Assembly (NCBI GenBank): GCA_963776345.1
Contig: CAVZMH010000016.1
Coordinates: 837,093 to 901,092 of the forward strand
From: an uncultured delta proteobacterium
GTDB lineage: Bacteria; Myxococcota; Myxococcia; Myxococcales; Myxococcaceae
Reading direction: 5' to 3'
DNA length: 64,000 nucleotides
The notes below the pieces were generated by a model that was not told where the DNA came from, searched no databases, and was given only the letters and a program-made list of their open reading frames with translations. A program made the position numbers and the translations under genes. This document shows positions 47,011-54,853 of the stretch, one piece after another. Numbering within the stretch: position 1 is the stretch's first letter; each line of letters starts with the position of its first letter.

Positions 47011-48135
47011 ATGAGCTGGCTGGCGACCATCGTCAAGCACGTCGACTACCTGCGCGATCGCTACGCTGCCTTTCCCGTGCGCGACGAGGCAACGCGGGCC
47101 GGGGCCCTGCAAGTCCTCGACGAGGTGCGACGAAAGGAGCTGAGACGCGTGCATGGACGCGGCGCGCTCGAATCGGCCGCGTTCGTCGATGCCGACGTTC
47201 GATACGAGCTGTACGCAGTGAAGGATACGCAGAAGGATCGGGTGGTCGGCTGCATTCGCGTCACGACGGCCGATCAGATTGCCCCGATTCCGGAGAGCCG
47301 ACAGGAGTACCTCCTGGACAGGTTTCCGCCGGCTCTCCTGAAGCGCACGCAGATCTTCACCCGCCTGGTGATGCTCCCGGCGTACCGGAAGACCGCGGCA
47401 TCGCTGGTCCTGTTCCGGCGGCTCTGCGAGGACGGGATGGCCGGCGACACGCTGGCCGCCCTCCTGTCCTGCGAGCCAGGCCTGTATGCCGGTTACCTGC
47501 GGCTCGGTTTCCGGCCGCTGGGCGGAGTCCACCAGGGAGCGTCGGGCGGATTCCGGATCCCGATGGTCATGATTCCCCACGACGAGGAGCACCTTCGCCG
47601 CGTCCGCTCGCCGCTGGTCGCGCAGGTGGCTCGCGCCAGGCATCCCCTGCCGCAGGAGGCGATCCAGTGGTACCGGGCGCTCGAGGCACGCCAGGGGCCC
47701 ATCGATCCGGGCGTCGCCTTCTACGCCGCCGACGCGGCACAGAACGTCGACGCTCAGCTCACCCGGGGTCTGACTCCCGCCGGTCGGGCAGCGCTGCTGC
47801 GCAACGCGATGGAGGTCAAGTGCCGTCCCAGGGACGTGGTCCTGAGCGTCGGGGACGGCGGCCGGAGCATGGGCTTCGTTCAGCGGGGCGCAGTGCAGGT
47901 CGAGGATGGGAACAGGGTGGTCGCGGTCCTCGGGGAGGGCGAGCTGTTCGGCGAGATGGCCGTGGTGCTCGACGTCCCCCGCACCGCGAACGTGGTGGCC
48001 GTGGGAGACGACACGCGGGTGCTGATGCTGAGTCAGACCTGCCTCGAACGGCTCAAGAACCCCGCGGACCTCACGCAGGTCTGGCGCAACCTCGCGAGCG
48101 TGCTCGCTACGCGGGTGCGCCGTGTGCGCGAATGA
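47011..48135 (+). CDS. GNAT-fold N-acyltransferase (N-acyl amino acid synthase-like) fused to a cNMP-binding domain
   Basis: VVGCIRV, TRLVMLPAYRK, Y.RLGF GNAT motifs; C-terminal GELFGEMAVVLDVPRTANV phosphate-binding cassette. Confidence 0.75.
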   Translation: MSWLATIVKHVDYLRDRYAAFPVRDEATRAGALQVLDEVRRKELRRVHGRGALESAAFVDADVRYELYAVKDTQKDRVVGCIRVTTADQIAPIPESRQEYLLDRFPPALLKRTQIFTRLVMLPAYRKTAASLVLFRRLCEDGMAGDTLAALLSCEPGLYAGYLRLGFRPLGGVHQGASGGFRIPMVMIPHDEEHLRRVRSPLVAQVARARHPLPQEAIQWYRALEARQGPIDPGVAFYAADAAQNVDAQLTRGLTPAGRAALLRNAMEVKCRPRDVVLSVGDGGRSMGFVQRGAVQVEDGNRVVAVLGEGELFGEMAVVLDVPRTANVVAVGDDTRVLMLSQTCLERLKNPADLTQVWRNLASVLATRVRRVRE

Positions 48136-50143
48136 AGTCGAGCAGCGCCGCGGCCAGCTCGTCCGGTCGCTCGAACTGGACCGCGTGACCCGCGTCGATC
48201 TCCATCCAGCGGTTGGCCGGTGAGGTGAACAAGGGCGCGAGGTAGGCACGGACCTTGTTGTTGTCGACGATGCGGTCTCCGGTCGCCGTCATCGCGAAGA
48301 GAGGCAGGCGAACCCCGAGGATCGACTCCCACGAGCGCTCCTGGACCTCGTCCATCACGATCACCGACTTCAGCGTGACCTCGGTGGTCTTCAGTGCGTC
48401 GGCGTCGATGAAGTCCAGCCCGTCCGGTGTCTGCGTGAAGTCGGTGGCCTGCAGCGGAATCGGGGCGAAGGACTCCTCGCGCTCCGGCGCCAGGTGGAAG
48501 TGGGTCAGCAGGGCCTGGACCACGCGCTCGGTCATGTCGATCACCGAGCGAAACCGCGCGTTCCAGAACAGGCCCGGGGTGATCAGCAGCAGCGTCGAGA
48601 GCGCCCCCTCGCCCTGTAGCCTCTGCGCGGCCACCGCAGCGTACTGTCCCCCCTGGCACCAGCCGGCGAGGTGGATGCGCTGGAAGCGACCGGCGAGCAT
48701 CCGGAGGTGCTCGACGACGTCCTCGATGCTGCGTTCGGCGCTGGCCAGGTCGCCGCGCCCGGCGTTCAGTCCGCATCCGCGGCGGTCGGGCGCGAAGACG
48801 GTCAGCGGCGAGAGAGCGCGCACCGCGCTGGCCAGGGGTCGCTGCCAGGCGGAGTGGCTCATGCCGCCATGGAGCACGACCAGAACGTCGGTCCCCGTCT
48901 CCGGTCCCCAGAGGCGGTAGTGAATGTCATAGCCGTCGGACATGCGCTGGGTGTGCACCGGTTCCGACTCGGGCCAGGCGCGGCGGGTCGTCCGGCAGGT
49001 CAATCCCCAGCCGCGCGTCCACGCCTGCGGCGGAGTGAGCTGCAGCCCCTCGGTGGTGACCTCGGCGTACGGGCGCCGAAGGTCGAGCGCACCCCCACGG
49101 CCCCACTTCAAGCTGGGGCTCGCCGGTTCCCGCTCGATGAGTCGAGAACCGAAGGCCCCCTCCTGCGCGGCGAGACGGTCGCCCGCCGCGGCGGCCACGA
49201 GCATCGCGGCACGGGTGAGGACCGACGTCTCGCCCACGTGGGCGCCGATGATGATCGGCCAGCCGCGCGCTCGCAGCGCCTCGACCAGCCGCAGGGCGCG
49301 GATCACGCCGCCGACCCGCGAGACCTTGAGGTTGGCGATGAAGCGTCCCGGCGTGCCGTCGTAGCGTTCGAGGTCGGCCATCGTACACAGGCTCTCGTCG
49401 AGGATGACGGGGGTGCCGAGGCCCACGCTGATCCTGCTGTGGGTCTCGACGTCCCGCGGTCGCACCGGCTCCTCGACGCCGAAGAATTCACATTCGAGGG
49501 CTCGCAGGTACTCCAGCGCCCGGTCCGGTGACTCGGCCCAGAGGTTGTTGGCATCGACCCGTACGCGGTGACTGGCCAGACGGTGCCATGCGGTCAGCTC
49601 GGCGATGCTGCGTAGCTTCTCGCGGTCGACCGCCGGGTCGCCCTCCAGCTTCACCTTGAAATCCGTCAGGCCGAGGATGCAGTACTGATCGATCAGGAAG
49701 CGCGTCTTCCAGGGCTCGTCGTTGCCCAGCACCGCCGAGTACACGTGGGGCCCGCCCGGTGGCGGCAGATCGAGCAGCGCCTCGACGCTCTGCCCGCGCT
49801 CGCGGGCGAAGAGGTCGAGCAAGGCACATTCGATCGCGCACCAGGCCGACGGCGAGGCGTCGACGGCGGCGCCGTGCTCCGCGAGCCAGCCGTGGAGCGC
49901 ATCCAGGCTCGTGCAACTGGACTGGATGGACTCCTGCCAGGTGGCCAGCCATTGCTTGCACGAGGCCCGCGTCTCCCCGGTCACGTACGCGCGCGGACAC
50001 CCTTCGCCGTAGCCCCGATGCTCGCCGCGCGCCGCCTCCACCCACAGGCTCTCGCCGTGCGTCCTCGCGGCGGAGGCGTGGCGGAAGGTCATCTTGAGCG
50101 GGATCCTGAGCTCGGAGAATTGCAGGCGAACGGGCTGATTCAT
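48107..50143 (-). CDS. Enolase-superfamily (MLE/epimerase-like) domain fused to an alpha/beta hydrolase with Cys nucleophile
   Basis: GYGEGCPR.YVTGET, FKVK, VDAN, EEP, LDES, NLKVS; then HGG, DRRGCG, GWCQGG, GDRIV, GHAVQFE. Confidence 0.85.
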   Translation of the reverse strand: MNQPVRLQFSELRIPLKMTFRHASAARTHGESLWVEAARGEHRGYGEGCPRAYVTGETRASCKQWLATWQESIQSSCTSLDALHGWLAEHGAAVDASPSAWCAIECALLDLFARERGQSVEALLDLPPPGGPHVYSAVLGNDEPWKTRFLIDQYCILGLTDFKVKLEGDPAVDREKLRSIAELTAWHRLASHRVRVDANNLWAESPDRALEYLRALECEFFGVEEPVRPRDVETHSRISVGLGTPVILDESLCTMADLERYDGTPGRFIANLKVSRVGGVIRALRLVEALRARGWPIIIGAHVGETSVLTRAAMLVAAAAGDRLAAQEGAFGSRLIEREPASPSLKWGRGGALDLRRPYAEVTTEGLQLTPPQAWTRGWGLTCRTTRRAWPESEPVHTQRMSDGYDIHYRLWGPETGTDVLVVLHGGMSHSAWQRPLASAVRALSPLTVFAPDRRGCGLNAGRGDLASAERSIEDVVEHLRMLAGRFQRIHLAGWCQGGQYAAVAAQRLQGEGALSTLLLITPGLFWNARFRSVIDMTERVVQALLTHFHLAPEREESFAPIPLQATDFTQTPDGLDFIDADALKTTEVTLKSVIVMDEVQERSWESILGVRLPLFAMTATGDRIVDNNKVRAYLAPLFTSPANRWMEIDAGHAVQFERPDELAAALLDFIRAHGAPA

Positions 50144-50225
50144 TGTGCCGGCAGGCTGACATGCTTCTGACACCGTCTGCCGGTCTTTCTCACGACTCGA
50201 GGGCTGCCACTCGACGGCCGCTGCG

Positions 50226-50744
50226 TCACCTGCCTCGGCGGCGCTTCCCGGGCGTTCTCGGAGCGGTGATCCAGCTCGCCGCGAAGATCCGCGGATCGAG
50301 CGTGAAGTCCTCGGGTCCTCCGGCCGTGGCGAGGAGGGGCGCAGCGAGCGGATGGCCGGGGTTCACCAGGTAGTTGAACTCCCCCGGCACGTGCACGCTC
50401 GGGACGCGCAGGACCGGCGTCCGGGCCTCGCGAATCCACCCGGTCCCCAGCGCGCGGGTGGCGCGGAGGTGCCGCACGTCCTTCCAGCGCGGCGGAAGCC
50501 CGGACGCATCGACCGTCTCGACGGGCGTGGCCGACGGCTCCAGGTCGAGCCACCACCAGGTCGCCGAGGCGGGCGTCGACCCGGGCGTGAGGTGGGCCAG
50601 GAACTCGAGCACGCTCAGGGCCTTCGTCCCCGCCGTGTAGACGATCCGCACGCCACGCTCGTGCCAGCGTCCGGCGACGTACAGACCGCCCTCTCCGGTG
50701 AACGGCGGGTACCGGCGCTTGGCGACGCGCCAGAGGCGGGTCAC
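50226..50744 (-). CDS. RES-domain toxin (NAD+ phosphorylase-type)
   Basis: GEGG...GRW...G..IVY..LSVLE, LRVPSV..P.E.NYLVNP.HP. Confidence 0.9.
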   Translation of the reverse strand: MTRLWRVAKRRYPPFTGEGGLYVAGRWHERGVRIVYTAGTKALSVLEFLAHLTPGSTPASATWWWLDLEPSATPVETVDASGLPPRWKDVRHLRATRALGTGWIREARTPVLRVPSVHVPGEFNYLVNPGHPLAAPLLATAGGPEDFTLDPRIFAASWITAPRTPGKRRRGR

Positions 50745-51202
50745 GCGAAGAAGCCGTACTCCAGCCGGAGCAGCGTCTCCTCCACCGCGCGCGCGCCTTC
50801 GTCGGTGTCGAGGAGGTCCACCGGACGCTCTCCGCCCAGCGCCGGCACGGGCTCCTGGAGCCAGGCCCGGGCCCGCGCCGCGCTCTCGAGGACGTGCTCC
50901 GCCAGGAGCGTCGCCCGTGCCAGACGCACCAGCTTCTGGGAGTCGTCGGGGTCGAGCGGCTTCCTGGACGAGAGCCGGCGGAAGATGCTCGCCCGACCGA
51001 CCCGGAGCGCCCGGATGACCTCCTCCCGGCTCAGACCGGCCCGGTCCGCTGCGCGCTGGAGCGCCGACGGCGGAAGTCCTTCCCGCAGCACGCCGATGAG
51101 GTCCCGCCGTCCCACCCGGACGCCGAGCGCATGCAGGACGCTTCGCTCGTCGGGTCGCGGATTCGCAGGAGGCTTCAGCTGCAGGGCTCTCTCCGTGGTC
51201 AT
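50741..51202 (-). CDS. Xre/MbcA/ParS antitoxin
   Basis: Xre-like HTH plus ARAWL..P.PALGG.RPVDLLDTD.GA..VE..L.RLEYG; 4-bp overlap with the toxin. Confidence 0.9.
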   Translation of the reverse strand: MTTERALQLKPPANPRPDERSVLHALGVRVGRRDLIGVLREGLPPSALQRAADRAGLSREEVIRALRVGRASIFRRLSSRKPLDPDDSQKLVRLARATLLAEHVLESAARARAWLQEPVPALGGERPVDLLDTDEGARAVEETLLRLEYGFFA

Positions 51203-51238
51203 CTCATTTGAGATGATAACCACATCTCGTTCGAGATG
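51199..51238. promoter_or_regulatory. Tandem operator palindromes CATCTC-N4-GAGATG of the RES-Xre operon
   Basis: TCATCTCATTTGAGATGA (51199-51216) and CATCTCGTTCGAGATG (51223-51238). Confidence 0.75.
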
Positions 51239-51272
51239 CCAGCGCCGGGAGGGCCTCGCCTCGCGTCCACGC

Positions 51273-52097
51273 TCAGCCGGTGCGAGCTGGCACCCGGGCC
51301 CAGGCACCCATCATCTGCGGGAGCGGCAGGGGCCGGCCGCTCGACCTCAGCGCGTCCATCAGACGCTGGTGAAGCGTGTGCAGGTCGCCGAGGTGTGCGG
51401 CCGGGATCTGGAACGCCTCGATCTGCGGCTGCAGGCTGATGAGGCAGTCCGACATCCAGCGCTCGGACCCGGTCAGCGTGTACGTCTGCGTCTCGGGTTC
51501 CGGAAGGCCCCCGCGGACGAAAGCCGCCGACAGCTGCGCGCCCATCTCGGTGTTCGTCCCGCTGCGCCAGAAGGTCTCAGTCATCACCCGGGCCGCGTCG
51601 CGCCACAGGGGCAGGTGCTCGCAGGCGTCCAGGAAGGACTGGAACGAGGTGTCGAGGAAGGCGACCACCCCGCCCGGACGGACCAGCCGCGCGACGTCCT
51701 TCACCACCGCGGCCGGGTCCTTCATGTACATGAGGATGTAGCGCCCGACGCCCGCGTCGAACGGCTGGTCCACCGGAAGCGCCAGGACGTCGGTCTGCAT
51801 ATAGCGCACCTGCGCATGGCCAAGCTCCCGCATGCGCGCCGACGCGCGGGCGATGGATCGCGGATCGCGCTCCACCCCGACCACCTCCCCGGTGGGCCCG
51901 ACGAGACCGGCGAGGATCAGCGAGACGTCCCCGACCCCCGAGCCCAGCTCGAGGACCCGCTGTCCGGGTCCGATGCCGGCCCGGCGGAAGAGTCGCTCCG
52001 TGTGCGGCGCCACCCAGGCCGCCTGGCGCACCAGGCGCTCATGCTCGATGTCGGCACTGCCGAGGGGATACGCGTTCGTCTCGACCGGAGCGGGCAT
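51273..52097 (-). CDS. Class I SAM-dependent methyltransferase
   Basis: RVLELGSGVGDV, GEVVGVE, FDAGVGR, LVRPGG. Confidence 0.9.
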   Translation of the reverse strand: MPAPVETNAYPLGSADIEHERLVRQAAWVAPHTERLFRRAGIGPGQRVLELGSGVGDVSLILAGLVGPTGEVVGVERDPRSIARASARMRELGHAQVRYMQTDVLALPVDQPFDAGVGRYILMYMKDPAAVVKDVARLVRPGGVVAFLDTSFQSFLDACEHLPLWRDAARVMTETFWRSGTNTEMGAQLSAAFVRGGLPEPETQTYTLTGSERWMSDCLISLQPQIEAFQIPAAHLGDLHTLHQRLMDALRSSGRPLPLPQMMGAWARVPARTG

Positions 52098-52159
52098 CGT
52101 CCTCTCGCCGGGCAGGAACCGTAGCAGGACGTGCAGGCGCCGCCTACGCGCACCAGAAG

Positions 52160-52936
52160 CTACGGGCTCTTCTCCAGGACGTAGCTGCCCTTGCGCTGGG
52201 TGTCCTTGGTCTCCCACTCCACCTTCATCGTCTTGCCGTCGGGAGCCACGGTCCAGTGGTCCACCTCCACCACCTTGCCGTTCCGCCTGTCGGTCTCGAC
52301 GATCGTGTTGGCGTTCACCCGCTTCAGGGAGACCGTCGTCCCTCCCGGATCTCCGGCCACCGGGAACTCCTTGCCGTCGAACTCTGCGGTGTAGCTCTGC
52401 CCGGTGGGGGTGCTCATCCTGAGCCCGTCGGCGGTGCTCTTGAAGGTGAGGGTCCGCGCATTGGCGGTCATGTTCTGGACCTTGACCGCGCGCCACGAGC
52501 CCGAGACCGCATGGGCTCCAGCCGGGGCGGCCTTGACGCGCTCGTAGACGGTTTCCCCACTGGCCGCCTCCGTGCCAGTCTGGTCCGTCCACTTCAGGGT
52601 CAGCGTCTTCCCGTCGGCCGAGACCGTGTACGTGGCCGTCCCGCTCACCTTCCCGGCCTTCTTGCTGGTGAGCTCGACGGCGTCCGGGCCGGGGCTCTTC
52701 ACCGCGATCGTGTCGTAGTAGGCGTGGCCCTTCACCGGCTGATCCGTCCCGTCCGCCTTGACCTTGATCGGCGGGACCACGCTCTCGCTGTGCCAGACTC
52801 CCTTGGCCAGCGAGATCACGTAGGGCTTCTTGTCCATCGTGGCCGTCTCCTCCTTCGAGACCCAGGTCCCGTCGAACGGAGAATCGGCCAGCGCAGCGAG
52901 AGGAAGGAGGAGGGCACAGAGCGTGAGCGCTTTCAT
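52160..52936 (-). CDS. Hypothetical exported protein with two internal beta-rich repeats
   Basis: Signal peptide; FDGTW...DGTDQPV...VSADGKTL repeated as VSGSW...DGKEFPV...VAPDGKTM. Confidence 0.78.
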   Translation of the reverse strand: MKALTLCALLLPLAALADSPFDGTWVSKEETATMDKKPYVISLAKGVWHSESVVPPIKVKADGTDQPVKGHAYYDTIAVKSPGPDAVELTSKKAGKVSGTATYTVSADGKTLTLKWTDQTGTEAASGETVYERVKAAPAGAHAVSGSWRAVKVQNMTANARTLTFKSTADGLRMSTPTGQSYTAEFDGKEFPVAGDPGGTTVSLKRVNANTIVETDRRNGKVVEVDHWTVAPDGKTMKVEWETKDTQRKGSYVLEKSP

Positions 52937-53164
52937 CGGAACTCCCTGGTGAGGTGTCTGCGCTCCCCGGCGCATCGGGTGCCGATCGCGCTGGACAGGG
53001 CCGAGGAGGCGCGGCGCACGGTAGCCGCGCGAGCGCGAGCGGGCGCGTACTTCCGGTGATCGGGTTCACCGGGTGTCCGATGGTCCTCGCACTCCCCAGG
53101 GATGCAACGTCGATCGCCGAACACGCCGACGCAGGCGACGAGCGCGGCACGGCTGCCCTCGGCG

Positions 53165-53359
53165 TCAGCGCATGAGCGCGAGCTCTGCCTCCGTGAGGCT
53201 CGTGTCCTCGCCCTCGAAGTCGATGGGCTTCAACTCGATCCAGGCGACATATGGCGGAGGAGGGCTCACCCGACTCTCGATGAGCCGGGCCGCCCGGGCG
53301 ATCAGCTCCCGGACGCGGGAACGCCATGACGGGGGGAGGGACGGGAGGAAGCGCTGCAT
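53165..53359 (-). CDS. Small hypothetical protein (64 aa), paralogue A
   Basis: AGGAG RBS; C-terminal WIELKPIDFEGEDTSLTEAELALMR shared with its neighbour. Confidence 0.65.
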   Translation of the reverse strand: MQRFLPSLPPSWRSRVRELIARAARLIESRVSPPPPYVAWIELKPIDFEGEDTSLTEAELALMR

Positions 53360-53506
53360 TGCACGAACTCCTTCGTGGCACCGGACTGTCGGCGGCCGCT
53401 CGGTCCGTGGATGCGACGGCCCAAACGGGGAGACCCGACACCGGGCGCACGTTGCACGCGCCCTCCGCGGTGTGCCGCCATGGTGCGCCCGGACTGTGCC
53501 GGCCGG

Positions 53507-53704
53507 TCAGCGCATCCGCTCGAGCTGCTCCTGGGTGAGGGTCGTGTCCTCGCGCTCGAAGTCGACGGGCTTCATCTCGGCCCAGCGAATCGCGGGCAGC
53601 TCGGCCATCGCGAGGCACGTGCAGTGGCGGACGGCGCGCGCGAGCAGCTCCTCCCAGCCGCGATCCTGGAACGGAGAATGGACGGACCGGGTGAGGCTCT
53701 GCAT
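53507..53704 (-). CDS. Small hypothetical protein (65 aa), paralogue B
   Basis: AGGAG RBS; C-terminal WAEMKPVDFEREDTTLTQEQLERMR. Confidence 0.65.
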   Translation of the reverse strand: MQSLTRSVHSPFQDRGWEELLARAVRHCTCLAMAELPAIRWAEMKPVDFEREDTTLTQEQLERMR

Positions 53705-53821
53705 CGCAAGACTCCTGGTTGCATCAGCCAAACCAGATCGCACTCGAAGAATTCTGGACACTTACACGCCCGGCCCGCGCGGTTCTTGCGGGGCGCGCCA
53801 CGGCGCGCGAAAGGCGCACGC

Positions 53822-53865
53822 GGCGACACGGGCCCGAGGAAGGAACCCTCGAGGCCCGTGCCGCC
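53822..53865 (-). terminator. GC-rich hairpin downstream of the DoxX gene (possible terminator)
   Basis: GGCGACACGGGCCCGAGG...CCTCGAGGCCCGTGCCGCC imperfect inverted repeat; no clear U-tract. Confidence 0.4.
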
Positions 53866-53899
53866 AGAAGCGTCGTCGGTCCGGGAGTCGGCCGGTGCT

Positions 53900-54403
53900 T
53901 CAGGCTCCGCGCGCCACCGGGACCGGACGCCGCGCCGCCAGCGCGCCCGCTCCGAGCACCAGGCCCGCGAGCACCGCCACCACGCCGGGGAGCACGCCCG
54001 AGGCGCCCAGCCCCTCCACCGCGTCGAGCGAGTACGCGCCCGGACCGGTGAAGGCCAGCGCGGCGACCGCGGCCATGATGAGGAGGTTGTACTCGACGCC
54101 GCCGCCGCTCATGAAGAAGCCCTTCGCGAGGTGCACGCTCACCGTGGCCACCACCATCACCGCCAGCACCACGGCCGCGGCGACCGGGGTGAGCAACCCG
54201 AGCGCGAGCAGCAACCCGCCGCCGAACTCGCCGATCCCCGCGAGCGCCGCCTGAACCTTGCCGGGGCGGAACCCCAGGCTCTCCATGAAGCCGCCGGTCC
54301 CGGTCAGCCCGTATCCGCCGAACCACCCGAACAGCTTCTGACCGCCGTGGGCTGCCATCGTCCGGCCCACGACCAGCCGCAACACCAGAAGTCCGATATC
54401 CAT
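53900..54403 (-). CDS. DoxX family membrane protein
   Basis: LLVLRLVVG...HGGQKLFGWFGG, EFGGGLLLALG, GGVEY, GPGAYSLD. Confidence 0.9.
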   Translation of the reverse strand: MDIGLLVLRLVVGRTMAAHGGQKLFGWFGGYGLTGTGGFMESLGFRPGKVQAALAGIGEFGGGLLLALGLLTPVAAAVVLAVMVVATVSVHLAKGFFMSGGGVEYNLLIMAAVAALAFTGPGAYSLDAVEGLGASGVLPGVVAVLAGLVLGAGALAARRPVPVARGA

Positions 54404-54625
54404 GTCATTTCCTCCGAGGCACAAGGTAACCATCCATGGGCACTCGGCCGGGCAACACACCGTTCCGTGGGCACTCCGGAGCCCAAGCGAGCGCAGTTCC
54501 ATGACTCCTTCCCTTCAAGGCAAGGTCGCGCTGGCGGGACCCCACGGCGAGCCGGATGTCAGACCGACACGCCACTGTCACCGGAACGTGCACCCGCTAT
54601 CTCCCGCACGAAGGGAGCCGCCTCC

Positions 54626-54850
54626 GTGAAGCGCACCGACCTGGTGGAGATGGAGAACCTCGGGCCCGTGTACTACTGGCAGGGTGTTCCGCACCCCGTC
54701 CGGGCGACCCGCTTCCGCGACCCCCGGAGCGCGCGTTTCATCGAGACCCGCGAGCCGGCGGAGACCGCCGAGGCCGAGGCCTGGCGGGAGTTCGCGCCCG
54801 ACGCGCCGCCGCCACCGGCCGACGCGTTCTGGCACCCCTTCGACTCCTGA
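54626..54850 (+). CDS. Small hypothetical protein
   Basis: GTG after GGAG RBS; GC3-biased frame VKRTDLVEMENLGPVYYWQG... Confidence 0.55.
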   Translation: MKRTDLVEMENLGPVYYWQGVPHPVRATRFRDPRSARFIETREPAETAEAEAWREFAPDAPPPPADAFWHPFDS

Positions 54851-54853
54851 GGC

